Assembly: GCA_044869275.1 (NCBI GenBank)
Contig: JBIOXB010000239.1
Location: forward strand, 1 to 64,000
Direction of reading: 5' to 3'
Length of the DNA: 64,000 bases
Source: a bacterium
GTDB lineage: Bacteria > Zhuqueibacterota > Zhuqueibacteria > Zhuqueibacterales > Zhuqueibacteraceae
Positions 1 through 9,523 of this stretch are shown here, piece after piece. The notes under the pieces were generated by a model. It was given only the letters and a program-made list of their open reading frames with translations, was not told where the DNA came from and did not search any database. Both the position numbers and the translations under genes were made by a program. Positions within the stretch are counted from its first letter, which is position 1. Every line of letters begins with the position of its first letter.

Positions 1-1
1 T

Positions 2-1660
2 ACTGTACGAGGCGGTTTTGGTCAGGATCTGCAAATAAAGACAGATGAAGCGCTTATTGTGAGCGGTGAACTCGAATTTGTTGGTACCGTTGGAGGAGAA
101 AGTTCATATAATCCGCTTCGTTTTGCGTTGACTTATCACCAGAATGATACTCTGCGGTATGCGTTAACTGACACGGCTCGATGGATCAGAGGACCTGGTT
201 ACGGCTATAATTGGTGCCCAAGAACGGGTGCAGGTACCGTAGCCAATGGTGCTTGGGGCAGTGGTACGGTCGGGATAGTTAATAATGGCAATTGGAACAG
301 TACCAATAGCAATGGCGGACCGGCTCTGGCGACCATACTCCAAGCTCCGCGCAATGCCCAAATGGTACCGGGAACCTACAGCTGGGCCATTTCGGTTCAG
401 GCCGTCAATGATACGACCAATGAAATCAGATGGTATCTGATTGAAAAAGATACCAAATACTGGTTTGGCGGCATTGTCACTGGTCGTGCAGTAACGCATA
501 AACTCAACGCTATTAATTTCGGCCTGAATACTGGTGACTGGACTGCATTTAATATTCTCGCAGCTCAGGTAGATTATGGCGATCCGATTGTTGTTCCTCC
601 TGCCCCGTTTGAAGCATACTATGCGGAAAACTTTGGTGTTATTGGCAACAGATTTGGCGGCTGGAAATTTACGCCGGGAGCTGTATCGGGCAACGCGACC
701 ATCTCGGGTAACGCCCCCAACACCAGTTTGGCGGCCCTTCGTGTCGGTTTTTTTGAGCCTATTACGCCGCCGAAGGACAAGGCTTTGGTGATAACCGGCC
801 AAGTAGAATTTGTCGGCGGTGGTTTCCAAGCCGCGAATAGCTTGCGCTTCGGGGTCTTCCACAGTGATAGCGCGGGAACAATCATCAGCACACCGCAAGA
901 TTCCACGCGCTGGTCAGGAACTGAAAGAGCGCATTCCGGATATCTGTTCTTGCCGCAAAGCGGCAGCAATGGCTTGACGAACTGGCAGGGAGTCGGCCAG
1001 CAAGGAAGCTACGGCGCCGTGGCAAACGGAACTTGGTGGAGCACTGACGGTGCGAACAACTATGTGCTCGGCACTGACCTTCATCGTCCTGCAAATGCCG
1101 TAGGCGGGGCGGGGACTTACAATTTCGCCATATCAGTCCAATCCTTGGGTAACGGCAGCAGCGAGGTCAGATTCTCGCTGAGCAAGAATGACAACAGTTA
1201 TTCTTTCTCGGGGAAAGCAGTTGATAACCACAGCCCGCTGGTGACCAGTAAATTCAACTGTGTTGCTTTCGCGCTGAACACTGGAAATTCGACGACAGCG
1301 ATGAATCTGGTTGACGTGCACATTGACTTGGGAGATCCCATTCCGGTGAGTGTTGAAGAATCTCCCAAGACCGGCATACCAACGGAGTATGCCCTGGTAC
1401 AGAATCATCCCAACCCGTTCAATCCGTCCACGACGATCAAATATCAACTGCCGAAGAATTCCCAGGTGCGGTTGACGATCTTCAACTCGCTTGGCCAGGA
1501 AGTGCGCACGCTGGTCAATAACAAATTGGAAGCGGGCTACCATTACATCTTGTGGGATGCCCGGGACAATGCCGGCCGCCAGGTGGTTTCCGGCGTTTAT
1601 GTGTATCTCTTGGAAGCCGATGACTTTGTGCAGAGCCAGAAGATGGTGCTGCTGAAATAA
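2..1660 (+). CDS. 5'-truncated secreted protein with at least two copies of an unassigned ~245-aa beta-rich domain and a C-terminal FlgD-Ig/T9SS-like sorting domain
   Basis: Frame is open from base 2 (TVRGGFGQDLQIKTDEALIVSG...), so the true start lies upstream of the window. Internal repeat: ALIVSGELEFVG / ALVITGQVEFVG, GTYSWAISVQ / GTYNFAISVQ, VDYGDPIVV / IDLGDPIPV. C-terminal QNHPNPFNPSTTI...SGVYVY...KMVLLK. Confidence 0.85.
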   Translation, partial: TVRGGFGQDLQIKTDEALIVSGELEFVGTVGGESSYNPLRFALTYHQNDTLRYALTDTARWIRGPGYGYNWCPRTGAGTVANGAWGSGTVGIVNNGNWNSTNSNGGPALATILQAPRNAQMVPGTYSWAISVQAVNDTTNEIRWYLIEKDTKYWFGGIVTGRAVTHKLNAINFGLNTGDWTAFNILAAQVDYGDPIVVPPAPFEAYYAENFGVIGNRFGGWKFTPGAVSGNATISGNAPNTSLAALRVGFFEPITPPKDKALVITGQVEFVGGGFQAANSLRFGVFHSDSAGTIISTPQDSTRWSGTERAHSGYLFLPQSGSNGLTNWQGVGQQGSYGAVANGTWWSTDGANNYVLGTDLHRPANAVGGAGTYNFAISVQSLGNGSSEVRFSLSKNDNSYSFSGKAVDNHSPLVTSKFNCVAFALNTGNSTTAMNLVDVHIDLGDPIPVSVEESPKTGIPTEYALVQNHPNPFNPSTTIKYQLPKNSQVRLTIFNSLGQEVRTLVNNKLEAGYHYILWDARDNAGRQVVSGVYVYLLEADDFVQSQKMVLLK

Positions 1661-1671
1661 GGTCAATAAAA

Positions 1672-1733
1672 AAAACGTAATGCGTCATGCGTGAGCCGCT
1701 GGTTTATACTTTACGCATTGCGCATTACGTTTT
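1672..1733. repeat. heptamer-periodic inverted repeat (CGTAATG-type units)
   Basis: AAAACGTAATGCGTCATGCGTGA ... TTACGCATTGCGCATTACGTTTT; related units at 25301-25380. Confidence 0.75.
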
Positions 1734-1776
1734 ATACACAAAGACGGAGCCTGCTCTTGCAAACAGAAGCCGTCAT

Positions 1777-1818
1777 AAAAAGCAGCCTGTTCGTGGTTCA
1801 TGGACAGGCTGTTTTTTC
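1777..1818. terminator. intrinsic terminator, probably bidirectional
   Basis: AAAAAGCAGCCTGTTCGTG-GTT-CATGGACAGGCTGTTTTTT: long stem with an A-tract before and a T-tract after. Confidence 0.8.
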
Positions 1819-1834
1819 ATGATCTGTCAAGGAA

Positions 1835-3595
1835 ATGGCGCTGCAAACGAGGATCATGATGAGCAAGAATCGGACTAATTACGGAAGAAATAACAGGAGC
1901 TGGATTGTTGCCATTGCGCTGTTCATAATGTCTCCGGCCTGTGTCAATGCCCAAACAGATACCGTGCAGACAAATGTTCCGGCCCTGAAAAAGGTCTATG
2001 CCAATGATTTTTACATCGGGTGTCTTCTTTCCTATGCGCATGTGGGTTTTCCAGAGGATCCGCGTGTGCCAGGCCAATCGACAGTAGTCGCTCCCAATGG
2101 CGGGCACTTGATAAAATTCCACATGAACAGCATGTCGCCCGGCAACAATATGAAGCCGCAATATACCGTTGATATTACCGCCAGCGCTGCGGCCTACAAT
2201 GCCGCTGCGCCCGTTGCAGAAAGGGATTCCGTTGACACGCACCCGGTGGTGAGATTTAACGGCAATCTGATCGCGCAACTCAACTGGGCCAGGCGGCAAG
2301 GATTCAATTTTCGCGGACATACGTTGGTGTGGCACAGCCAAACTCCCGGCACTTCTTTCTTCCGCTCGGGTTATACCAATGGCGGCGCGCGCTTGAGCAA
2401 GGATAAAATGACCGCGCGCATGGATAACTACATTAAAGAAGTTATGAGATTGCTCCATGAAGGCTGGCCGGGACTATTGACCGCCATGGACGTGGTCAAT
2501 GAAGCCGTAAACGACAACGGCGCCGATCGCACGACTGAGAGCGAATGGTACGTCACGTTTGGCGACAATAGCTATCTCATGAAGGCCTTCGAGTTCACGC
2601 GCAAGTGGACGGTGGCCTACGGCGAAACCCAAATAAAACTTTATTACAACGATTACGGTACTCACAATCCCAATAAAGCCGATGGGATTGTCAGAATTTG
2701 CACTCCCATTTTTCAAGCAGGATATCTGGACGGCATTGGCATGCAGGAACACGATGCCAACTCCTCTCCCACTGCTGAACAATGGATAGCTTCATATGAT
2801 AAGTTTAATCCGATCTGCATCGAGATGGCGGTGACCGAATTGGACGTCACCACCGGCAGCGCCAGCCCCTCCCCTGCCGTTTTGGCGACGCAGGCCAATC
2901 AATACGGCCAATTGTTCAAATGCTTCGTGGAGCGGAGTTATTTTTCCGGACGCGGAAAAATCATCAGTGTCTCCAAGGACGGCTTGAATGATCAATATAC
3001 ATTCAGGGTCAATCAATCTTCTTCGCTCTGGGATGTCCGGTACCAGTGCAAGCCCGCGTTTTACGCCGTTGTGGAGGTTGGGCTCAATTACAACGCGTTG
3101 GATTCGCTCGTTTCCTATGCAGAAACTTTAGATGAAAACGAATATACAGCCGATTCATGGTCAAATTTTGTTGCTGCATTCACTTCGGCAAGAAACGCAA
3201 TGGCCCGGAACTATTCCGCTTCAGTTTCGGCTGCTGATGCTCTGGGCGCAGCGAAGGACAACCTGAATGCCGCCTTAGCGGGTTTGGTGAGGAATACCAC
3301 TGCCGTGAATGGCGCCGACAATCACCGGCCTGCGGTTTTTGAACTTGCCCAGAATTACCCGAACCCGTGCAATCCCACGACACAAATCAACTACAGTATT
3401 CCGCAAAGTGGCTACATATCATTCAAAGTGTATGACCTTCTTGGGGAAGAGGTGGCGACACTCTTCGCCGGCGTTCAGCGCGCCGGCAATCACGTTGCCA
3501 TATTTGACGGCAGAGGTCTTGCAAGCGGCGTTTACTTGTACCAGTTGAAGGCTGCCGACTTTACGGAGACGAAAAGGCTTTTGGTGTCGAAATAG
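1835..3595 (+). CDS. GH10 endo-1,4-beta-xylanase + FIVAR-like helical module + C-terminal sorting domain
   Basis: Signal peptide; RGHTLVWHSQTP, DVVNEA (acid/base), YYNDY, VTELD (nucleophile); EYTADSWSNF module; QNYPNPCNP tail. Start may be 1856/1859. Confidence 0.9.
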   Translation: MALQTRIMMSKNRTNYGRNNRSWIVAIALFIMSPACVNAQTDTVQTNVPALKKVYANDFYIGCLLSYAHVGFPEDPRVPGQSTVVAPNGGHLIKFHMNSMSPGNNMKPQYTVDITASAAAYNAAAPVAERDSVDTHPVVRFNGNLIAQLNWARRQGFNFRGHTLVWHSQTPGTSFFRSGYTNGGARLSKDKMTARMDNYIKEVMRLLHEGWPGLLTAMDVVNEAVNDNGADRTTESEWYVTFGDNSYLMKAFEFTRKWTVAYGETQIKLYYNDYGTHNPNKADGIVRICTPIFQAGYLDGIGMQEHDANSSPTAEQWIASYDKFNPICIEMAVTELDVTTGSASPSPAVLATQANQYGQLFKCFVERSYFSGRGKIISVSKDGLNDQYTFRVNQSSSLWDVRYQCKPAFYAVVEVGLNYNALDSLVSYAETLDENEYTADSWSNFVAAFTSARNAMARNYSASVSAADALGAAKDNLNAALAGLVRNTTAVNGADNHRPAVFELAQNYPNPCNPTTQINYSIPQSGYISFKVYDLLGEEVATLFAGVQRAGNHVAIFDGRGLASGVYLYQLKAADFTETKRLLVSK

Positions 3596-3681
3596 CAGGA
3601 CAAATAATTCAAGGAAAGTGCACCTGAAAAACCAGAAAAACATGCTGGTGAGGAAACCGAATTATTGTCGCCTCTTCAACT

Positions 3682-3828
3682 TTAACCGAATGCTGAAAAA
3701 CTCTTGTTTCTGTCATGCCCGCGAAAGCGGGCATCCAGAAAACCCAACAAATTCATGGATTCCTCCCGCAGCGGCGGGACGGAAATGACAACTCCCATCA
3801 ATTTGCGGCTCTTTCAGCATCCTGTTAA
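3682..3828. mobile_element. MITE-like element with imperfect terminal inverted repeats, TTAA target duplication and an internal REP-like doublet
   Basis: TTAA(3682-3685) CCGAATGCTGAAAAA ... CTTTCAGCATCCTG TTAA(3825-3828). Inside: TGTCATGCCCGCGAAAGCGGGCATCCA and TGGATTCC...GGAAATGACA. Confidence 0.7.
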
Positions 3829-6682
3829 GGCGCTGAACCCAATTGCCTTCATTGGGTGTCTGGTTCTGCTTGCCTGGATACCGGCACTTGCACAAACCGC
3901 GGCGACCGGCACCACCAATGTCCATCGGCAGCGCATTTCCATCAACGAAGACTGGCGCTTTTATAAGTATGATTCGAGGTCAAAAGCAGACGACCTGATT
4001 TACGATGTGCGTCCGGAGGTCAAAGACAAGCAGGACGACAGACCTGCCGATGCCAAGCCAACAGAGGCGGAGAATGTCGGAGCAGCCCCAATGGGGCTCA
4101 AGCCCTGGATCATGCCGACCGGCAATGATTTCATTAAAGATCCTGCCAGGCGCTATGTCCGTCCCAAAGGCAATCACGGCGGTGATTTCCCTTTTGTGCA
4201 GAGAGATTTCGATGACAGCTCCTGGGAGCGAGTGAATCTGCCGCACGACTGGGCGATCCAAGGGCCTTTTTTAATGGGCCCGGAGGCTGAAGTAGGCGGC
4301 GGCATGGGGCGTTTGCCTAGTCCCGGCGTGGCCTGGTACCGTAAGAAGCTCGACATTCCGGCTTCGGACGCCGGCAAGTCCATCTTCCTGGAGGTGGACG
4401 GCGCGATGTCATATGCCATAGTTTGGTTAAACGGCAACCTGGTCGGCGGCTGGCCATATGGTTATGCCTCATGGCGCGTGAATTTAACGCCTTATATCGC
4501 GCCGAGTGGCGAAAACCAACTGGCGATCCGTTTGGACAATCCAAACCATTCGGCGCGCTGGTATCCCGGCGGCGGAATCTACCGCAATGTGTGGTTGAGC
4601 AAGACCAGTACGGTTCATGTCGGTCAGTGGGGCACCTTTGTGACGACGCGCGATGTTTCCGACGCCTCGGCCACGATAAACCTGGAAGTCACTATCGACA
4701 ATGACTCCAGAGATGACGCTACCGTTACAACGGTTACCCAAATCTTCGCTTTGAATACGGGTGGTAACACGTTCGTAGTTGCGCCTTCAGGCGCCGGTCT
4801 TGCGGAACAAACAAGAGCCTCAAGTGATCCGCGCAGTTTGTTCCATCCACAGGGTTCGATGCCTGAAGGCATCACTACAAACAAGGCAGGCAATGCGGTT
4901 GCAACTTTCGCCCCCTTGAAAATGTCGGTTGCGGCAGGCGGGAGCGCTAAGGTCGAAAGCTATGTTACGCTCAAGAGCCCCAGACTGTGGGGACCACCAC
5001 CCACGCAGGCGCCTCACCGTTACGTGGCGGTGACTACCTTATTACGGAATGACAAACCGATCGATCAATACGAGACACGCTTCGGCATCCGCTCACTGCG
5101 TTTCGACCCGGACTCAGGTGTCTTCGTCAATGGCGAGCACCTCAAGATCAAAGGCGTCAACCAGCACCACGACCTCGGCGCCCTAGGCGCGGCATTTAAC
5201 AGCCGCGCAGCCGAGCGCCAGCTTGAGATACTCCGTGAGATGGGCTGCAATGCGATCCGCACGGCCCATAACCCGCCGGCTCCTGAGTTACTCGAGCTGA
5301 CGGACCGAATGGGGTTCCTTGTGATGGACGAGGGCTTCGATGTGTGGGAACGAAATAAGACGCCCCTCGACTTCCACCTTATCTTTCCGGACTGGCATGA
5401 ACAAGACTTACGTGCATTCGTTCGACGAGACCGGAATAACCCATCTGTGATTATGTGGAGCATTGGTAATGAAGTTGGTGAGCAGTACACCGGTGAGGAA
5501 GGCGCAGCACTGGCGAAGCGGCTGTATGATATTGTAAAGGAAGAGGATTCAACTCGTCCTCTCACCAGTGCAATGAATTGGGCCAAGCCAGATATGCCTT
5601 TGCCGGCGGTCCTGGACGTCATCAGCCTGAACTATCAGGGCGAGGGGATCCGCCAATCGCCGGAATTTGCAGGGACGAACCGCATCCGTACTCCGCCGCA
5701 ATACGATGCAAACCATGCAAAATTCCCTGAAAAGGTGATTCTCAGCAGTGAAACCGCTTCAGCTTTCAGCAGCCGCGGCATCTATCTTTTCCCCGTCGTG
5801 CAAAAGCACAGCGATATTGTGCGGGATGGCAGAGGCGGCGACTCGAAGATTCGCCATGTAACGTCCTATGAACTCCACGCCGTCGATTTTGGCTCATCTG
5901 CCGAAATGGTATTCGGTTCCATTGCGCGGCATCCTTTTGTCGCCGGTGAATTTGTCTGGACCGGTTGGGATTACATCGGCGAACCGACGCCATATTATGA
6001 GTCCCGCAGCTCGTATTGCGGCATCATCGATCTGGCGGGATTCAAGAAGGATCGCTTCTATCTTTACCAATCATATTGGCGCCCGGAACTGCCCATGGCG
6101 CACATCCTGCCGCACTGGAACTGGACGGAACGCGTCGGCGAGGTTACCCCGGTGCATGTTTTCACCTCGGGCGACGAGGCGGAGTTGTTCCTCAACGGTA
6201 AGTCGCTCGGTCGAAAGAAAAAAATGCAGTATGAATACCGCCTGCGTTGGGACGAGGTAAAATACGAACCAGGCGAATTGAAAGTGGTGGCATACAAGAA
6301 CGGAGAAAAGTGGGCCGAGAACGTTGTCAGAACTACGGGCGAGCCGGCCAGGTTGGAGGCATCAGCAGACCGCGATAAGATTCGCGCCGACGGAAAGGAC
6401 TTGGCCTTCATTACAGTAAGGGTGACCGATAACAATGGTCTCACGGTGCCAATTGCAAAGAACCCAATCACGTTCTGGATCGAGGGTAGCGGCGAGATCG
6501 TCGCAACAGATAACGGCGATCCGACGAACCTCGTGCCGTTCTCGTCACGCGAACGCGAGGCATTCAATGGTTTGGCTTTGGTTATCATTCGCTCGAAGCC
6601 GGGGGAGTCAGGTGCGATGACGGTTACAGCGAAATCACCCGGGTTAAAAGAAGCTCAAGTGGTTGTCAGGCATACAAAATGA
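3785..6682 (+). CDS. GH2 glycoside hydrolase (beta-galactosidase-like, DUF4982/Ig C-terminus)
   Basis: VNLPHDWAI, RWYPGGGIYRNV, GVNQHHDLG, NAIRTAHNPP, WSIGNE, GEFVWTGWDYIGEPTP; hydrophobic signal ending ALA-Q. Start placed at ATG 3785 rather than TTG 3704. Confidence 0.92.
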   Translation: MTTPINLRLFQHPVKALNPIAFIGCLVLLAWIPALAQTAATGTTNVHRQRISINEDWRFYKYDSRSKADDLIYDVRPEVKDKQDDRPADAKPTEAENVGAAPMGLKPWIMPTGNDFIKDPARRYVRPKGNHGGDFPFVQRDFDDSSWERVNLPHDWAIQGPFLMGPEAEVGGGMGRLPSPGVAWYRKKLDIPASDAGKSIFLEVDGAMSYAIVWLNGNLVGGWPYGYASWRVNLTPYIAPSGENQLAIRLDNPNHSARWYPGGGIYRNVWLSKTSTVHVGQWGTFVTTRDVSDASATINLEVTIDNDSRDDATVTTVTQIFALNTGGNTFVVAPSGAGLAEQTRASSDPRSLFHPQGSMPEGITTNKAGNAVATFAPLKMSVAAGGSAKVESYVTLKSPRLWGPPPTQAPHRYVAVTTLLRNDKPIDQYETRFGIRSLRFDPDSGVFVNGEHLKIKGVNQHHDLGALGAAFNSRAAERQLEILREMGCNAIRTAHNPPAPELLELTDRMGFLVMDEGFDVWERNKTPLDFHLIFPDWHEQDLRAFVRRDRNNPSVIMWSIGNEVGEQYTGEEGAALAKRLYDIVKEEDSTRPLTSAMNWAKPDMPLPAVLDVISLNYQGEGIRQSPEFAGTNRIRTPPQYDANHAKFPEKVILSSETASAFSSRGIYLFPVVQKHSDIVRDGRGGDSKIRHVTSYELHAVDFGSSAEMVFGSIARHPFVAGEFVWTGWDYIGEPTPYYESRSSYCGIIDLAGFKKDRFYLYQSYWRPELPMAHILPHWNWTERVGEVTPVHVFTSGDEAELFLNGKSLGRKKKMQYEYRLRWDEVKYEPGELKVVAYKNGEKWAENVVRTTGEPARLEASADRDKIRADGKDLAFITVRVTDNNGLTVPIAKNPITFWIEGSGEIVATDNGDPTNLVPFSSREREAFNGLALVIIRSKPGESGAMTVTAKSPGLKEAQVVVRHTK
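4770..4883. repeat. GTAG-type REP-like palindrome inserted in frame within the GH2 gene
   Basis: Arms GTTCGTAGTTGCGCCTTCAGGC (4771-4792) and GCCTGAAGGCATCACTACAAAC (4861-4882), inner arms GGAACAAAC/GTTTGTTCC; related copies at 41141 and 58160. Confidence 0.75.
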
Positions 6683-6764
6683 AACCCAGCATAAATGGCG
6701 CGTTTGACGGAAAAATATGAAAAAACCTCTACTCCTCAAAAAGCCTGATGACTTTTGATCGCCT

Positions 6765-7982
6765 ATGACTGGATTACTCTTTTCTCTTCTTTTATGCGCT
6801 TCATACAATTCAGAACCGGCAGGCTTCTCCCACCCTACCGGAGAGTGGGTCGGAACCTGGACAACGGCACCACAGCTTGTCGAACCGCGCAATATGCCGC
6901 CGGAACCCGGGTTGAGTCACAACACACTGCGTCAAGTGGTTCGCGTCTCGCTTGGCGGAGACAGCTTGCGGGTGCGTTTCTCTAACCAATTTAGCACGAG
7001 TCCTGTAACACTGCATGCAGTGCATATTGCGGTCTCGGCTGAGAGCAGTACAATTGTCCCGGACACTGACCAGGCACTGAGATTCGATGGAGAGCCGGAA
7101 GTTACCATTGCGCCAGGTGCTGCGATTATGTCAGACCCGTTCAAGTTTGCCTTGGCGCCACGAACCAATTTAGCAATCACGATTCACTTTGGCGATACCT
7201 CACTAGATGTAACCGGCCATCCGGGATCGCGAACTACCTCATACCTGCTTCCCGGAAATGAGGTTTCCGCAGTGTACTTCCCTGATGCTGTGCAGACGGA
7301 TCACTGGTACATGATCAACGGCATCGATGTCGTGGCGGACAAGTCTGCGGCTGCTGTTGTTGTGCTGGGCAACTCCATCACGGATGGGCGCGGTTCGGGC
7401 ACAAACAAACAAAATCGCTGGCCGGATGAATTGGCGCGCCGCCTTCATGAGAATGCCGACACCCGACTCGTGGCCGTTCTGAACCAGGGAATTGGAGGAA
7501 ATTGTGTCCTTCGTGATTGTCTAGGCCCGGCTGCTCTGAGCCGCTTTGAGCGCGACGTGCTTGGGGCAACGAGAGTGCGCTGGCTTATTATTTTTGAGGG
7601 GATAAACGACATTGGCCAGACACAAAGCGCTGAGGCCGCGGCCAAAGTAACGGACGATCTCATCGCTGCGTACGAACAGATGATCGATGGTGCCCACGCC
7701 CGGGGCCTCAGGGTCTATGGAGCAACGCTGCTTCCCTTCGGCGGCTCTTTTTACGATACGGCGTATCGTGCAACGGCGCGGAATACGGTCAACGCATGGA
7801 TTCGGAGTAGCGGACGCTTTGACGCCGTCATCGATCTTGATGCGGCTCTGCGTGATCCGGCAGATCCGCTGCGCTTATTGCCTGCGGCAGACACGGGCGA
7901 TCATCTCCATCCCAATGAAACGGGTCACAGGATGATGGCAGAGGCGGTTGATCTGGCGCTCTTTAAAGGAGTATCAAAATGA
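6765..7982 (+). CDS. SGNH/GDSL hydrolase (probable carbohydrate acetyl esterase)
   Basis: Block motifs VVLGNSITDG, NQGIGGN, EGINDIG, DHLHPN. Confidence 0.88.
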   Translation: MTGLLFSLLLCASYNSEPAGFSHPTGEWVGTWTTAPQLVEPRNMPPEPGLSHNTLRQVVRVSLGGDSLRVRFSNQFSTSPVTLHAVHIAVSAESSTIVPDTDQALRFDGEPEVTIAPGAAIMSDPFKFALAPRTNLAITIHFGDTSLDVTGHPGSRTTSYLLPGNEVSAVYFPDAVQTDHWYMINGIDVVADKSAAAVVVLGNSITDGRGSGTNKQNRWPDELARRLHENADTRLVAVLNQGIGGNCVLRDCLGPAALSRFERDVLGATRVRWLIIFEGINDIGQTQSAEAAAKVTDDLIAAYEQMIDGAHARGLRVYGATLLPFGGSFYDTAYRATARNTVNAWIRSSGRFDAVIDLDAALRDPADPLRLLPAADTGDHLHPNETGHRMMAEAVDLALFKGVSK

Positions 7983-9502
7983 CAACAAGAATATTCCTAT
8001 TAATGCTTCTATTGAGCCCATGTATGTGCTTTGATTCATTAGCTCAGGAAATGCCTCTCGTTTATGAAGTTGAGAACACGGGCGCGGACTGCGCGGAGCC
8101 GCCTCTACCCTCGTTCAACGCACTCCCGGCCATCAAGTCCCTGCCCGACCCGTTTGAGTGGTCTGATGGTAGAGGCCGCATCACGAGCCGCGCCGACTGG
8201 CGGTGCCGGCGCGCCGAGATTGGCGCTGAGATCCAACGTTACGAGCTTGGGAGGAAGCCAGCTCCTCCGAGCAACCTAGAAGCCAGCTTTTCTAATGACA
8301 CACTCAAGGTGACCTTAGTAGAGGGAGGAAAATCGCTCACGTTGACTGCTCCGATCACCATGCCTGAAGGCGACGGCCCCTTCCCTGCCGTGATCGGTGT
8401 GGGATTTTTCCCGACAGGTAGTCTCCCGCCCGACATCTTTACCAGTCGCGGGATCGCGACCATCCATTACATGGAATCGCAAATAACGAACGCTTGGTCA
8501 AACGTTCGCGGCGATGGGCCATTCTTTAATCTTTATCCGGATAAAACCAGGAGCAAATTTATCGCCTGGGCCTGGGGCGTCAGCCGCATCATCGATGGGT
8601 TGGAGAAGTGCCCTGAGGCCAACATCGATCTCTCGCATCTGGCCGTGACCGGTTGCTCCTATGCCGGCAAGATCGCGCTTTTTTCCGGGGCCTTCGACGA
8701 GCGCATCGCGCTCACTATTTCGCAAGAGTCTGGTGGCGGTGGGTACACAGCCTGGCGCGTCACGGAGACTCTGAGCGGGAGCAGGGAAACCCTGAGGAAC
8801 GCCCAGGGTCAGGCCTGGTACCTCCAGAGCCTCTCTCAATTCAACAACGCCGTAACGAAACTACCTTACGATCATCACGAATTGATGGCCATGGTGGCGC
8901 CCCGCGCGTTGTTCGTGACCGGCAACCCCGATTATGAATGGCTGGCAGATGAGTCCGGGCACCTCGGCAGTAAGGCTGCACACGAAGTCTGGAAAGCTCT
9001 TGGCGTGCCCGACAGGTTCGGCGTTTCTATTGTCGCTGGACATCAGCACTGCCTGCTTCCGAACAGCCAAAGACCGGAAGTGGAGGCATTTGTGGAAAAA
9101 TTCCTCCTTGGGGACACGACCGCGAACACAGACATCTCGACCAGTCCGTACAATACCAACCTTTCCCCCTGGATGACGTGGGAAACACCGGAGCTTGCAG
9201 AAACACCAACTTCTGTGGGTAATTCTGGAAAAATGATTGACCGATTCAATCTTATGCAAAATTATCCCAACCCTTTTAATCCGATGACTAAAATAAGTTA
9301 TTCAGTTCCGGCCAGTAGTTATGTGATACTGAAAGTATATAACCTTCTCGGGGAAGAAGTCAGAACGTTGTTTGAAGGTTTTCGTATGCCCGGAAATTAT
9401 GAAGTGGAGTTTGATGGCACCGGATTGACCTCAGGTATTTATTTGTACCGGCTAAAATCGAATAATCTTGAACAAAGAAGGAAACTACTGTTGACCAAAT
9501 AA
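7979..9502 (+). CDS. CE15-like glucuronoyl esterase + C-terminal sorting domain
   Basis: LPDPF, AWAWGVSRIIDGL, VTGCSYAGK, QESGGGG, DHHELMAMVAPR, GHQHC; QNYPNPFNP tail. Confidence 0.85.
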   Translation: MTTRIFLLMLLLSPCMCFDSLAQEMPLVYEVENTGADCAEPPLPSFNALPAIKSLPDPFEWSDGRGRITSRADWRCRRAEIGAEIQRYELGRKPAPPSNLEASFSNDTLKVTLVEGGKSLTLTAPITMPEGDGPFPAVIGVGFFPTGSLPPDIFTSRGIATIHYMESQITNAWSNVRGDGPFFNLYPDKTRSKFIAWAWGVSRIIDGLEKCPEANIDLSHLAVTGCSYAGKIALFSGAFDERIALTISQESGGGGYTAWRVTETLSGSRETLRNAQGQAWYLQSLSQFNNAVTKLPYDHHELMAMVAPRALFVTGNPDYEWLADESGHLGSKAAHEVWKALGVPDRFGVSIVAGHQHCLLPNSQRPEVEAFVEKFLLGDTTANTDISTSPYNTNLSPWMTWETPELAETPTSVGNSGKMIDRFNLMQNYPNPFNPMTKISYSVPASSYVILKVYNLLGEEVRTLFEGFRMPGNYEVEFDGTGLTSGIYLYRLKSNNLEQRRKLLLTK

Positions 9503-9523
9503 GGCTGCGGAAGGGAGAAAAGA

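Noticed and set aside
3704..3784. ORF-track N-terminal extensions of GH2 (also 31604, 41144, 47461 and 58203 starts)
   Set aside because: The extensions run through palindromic repeat elements; downstream starts fit the family N-termini better.
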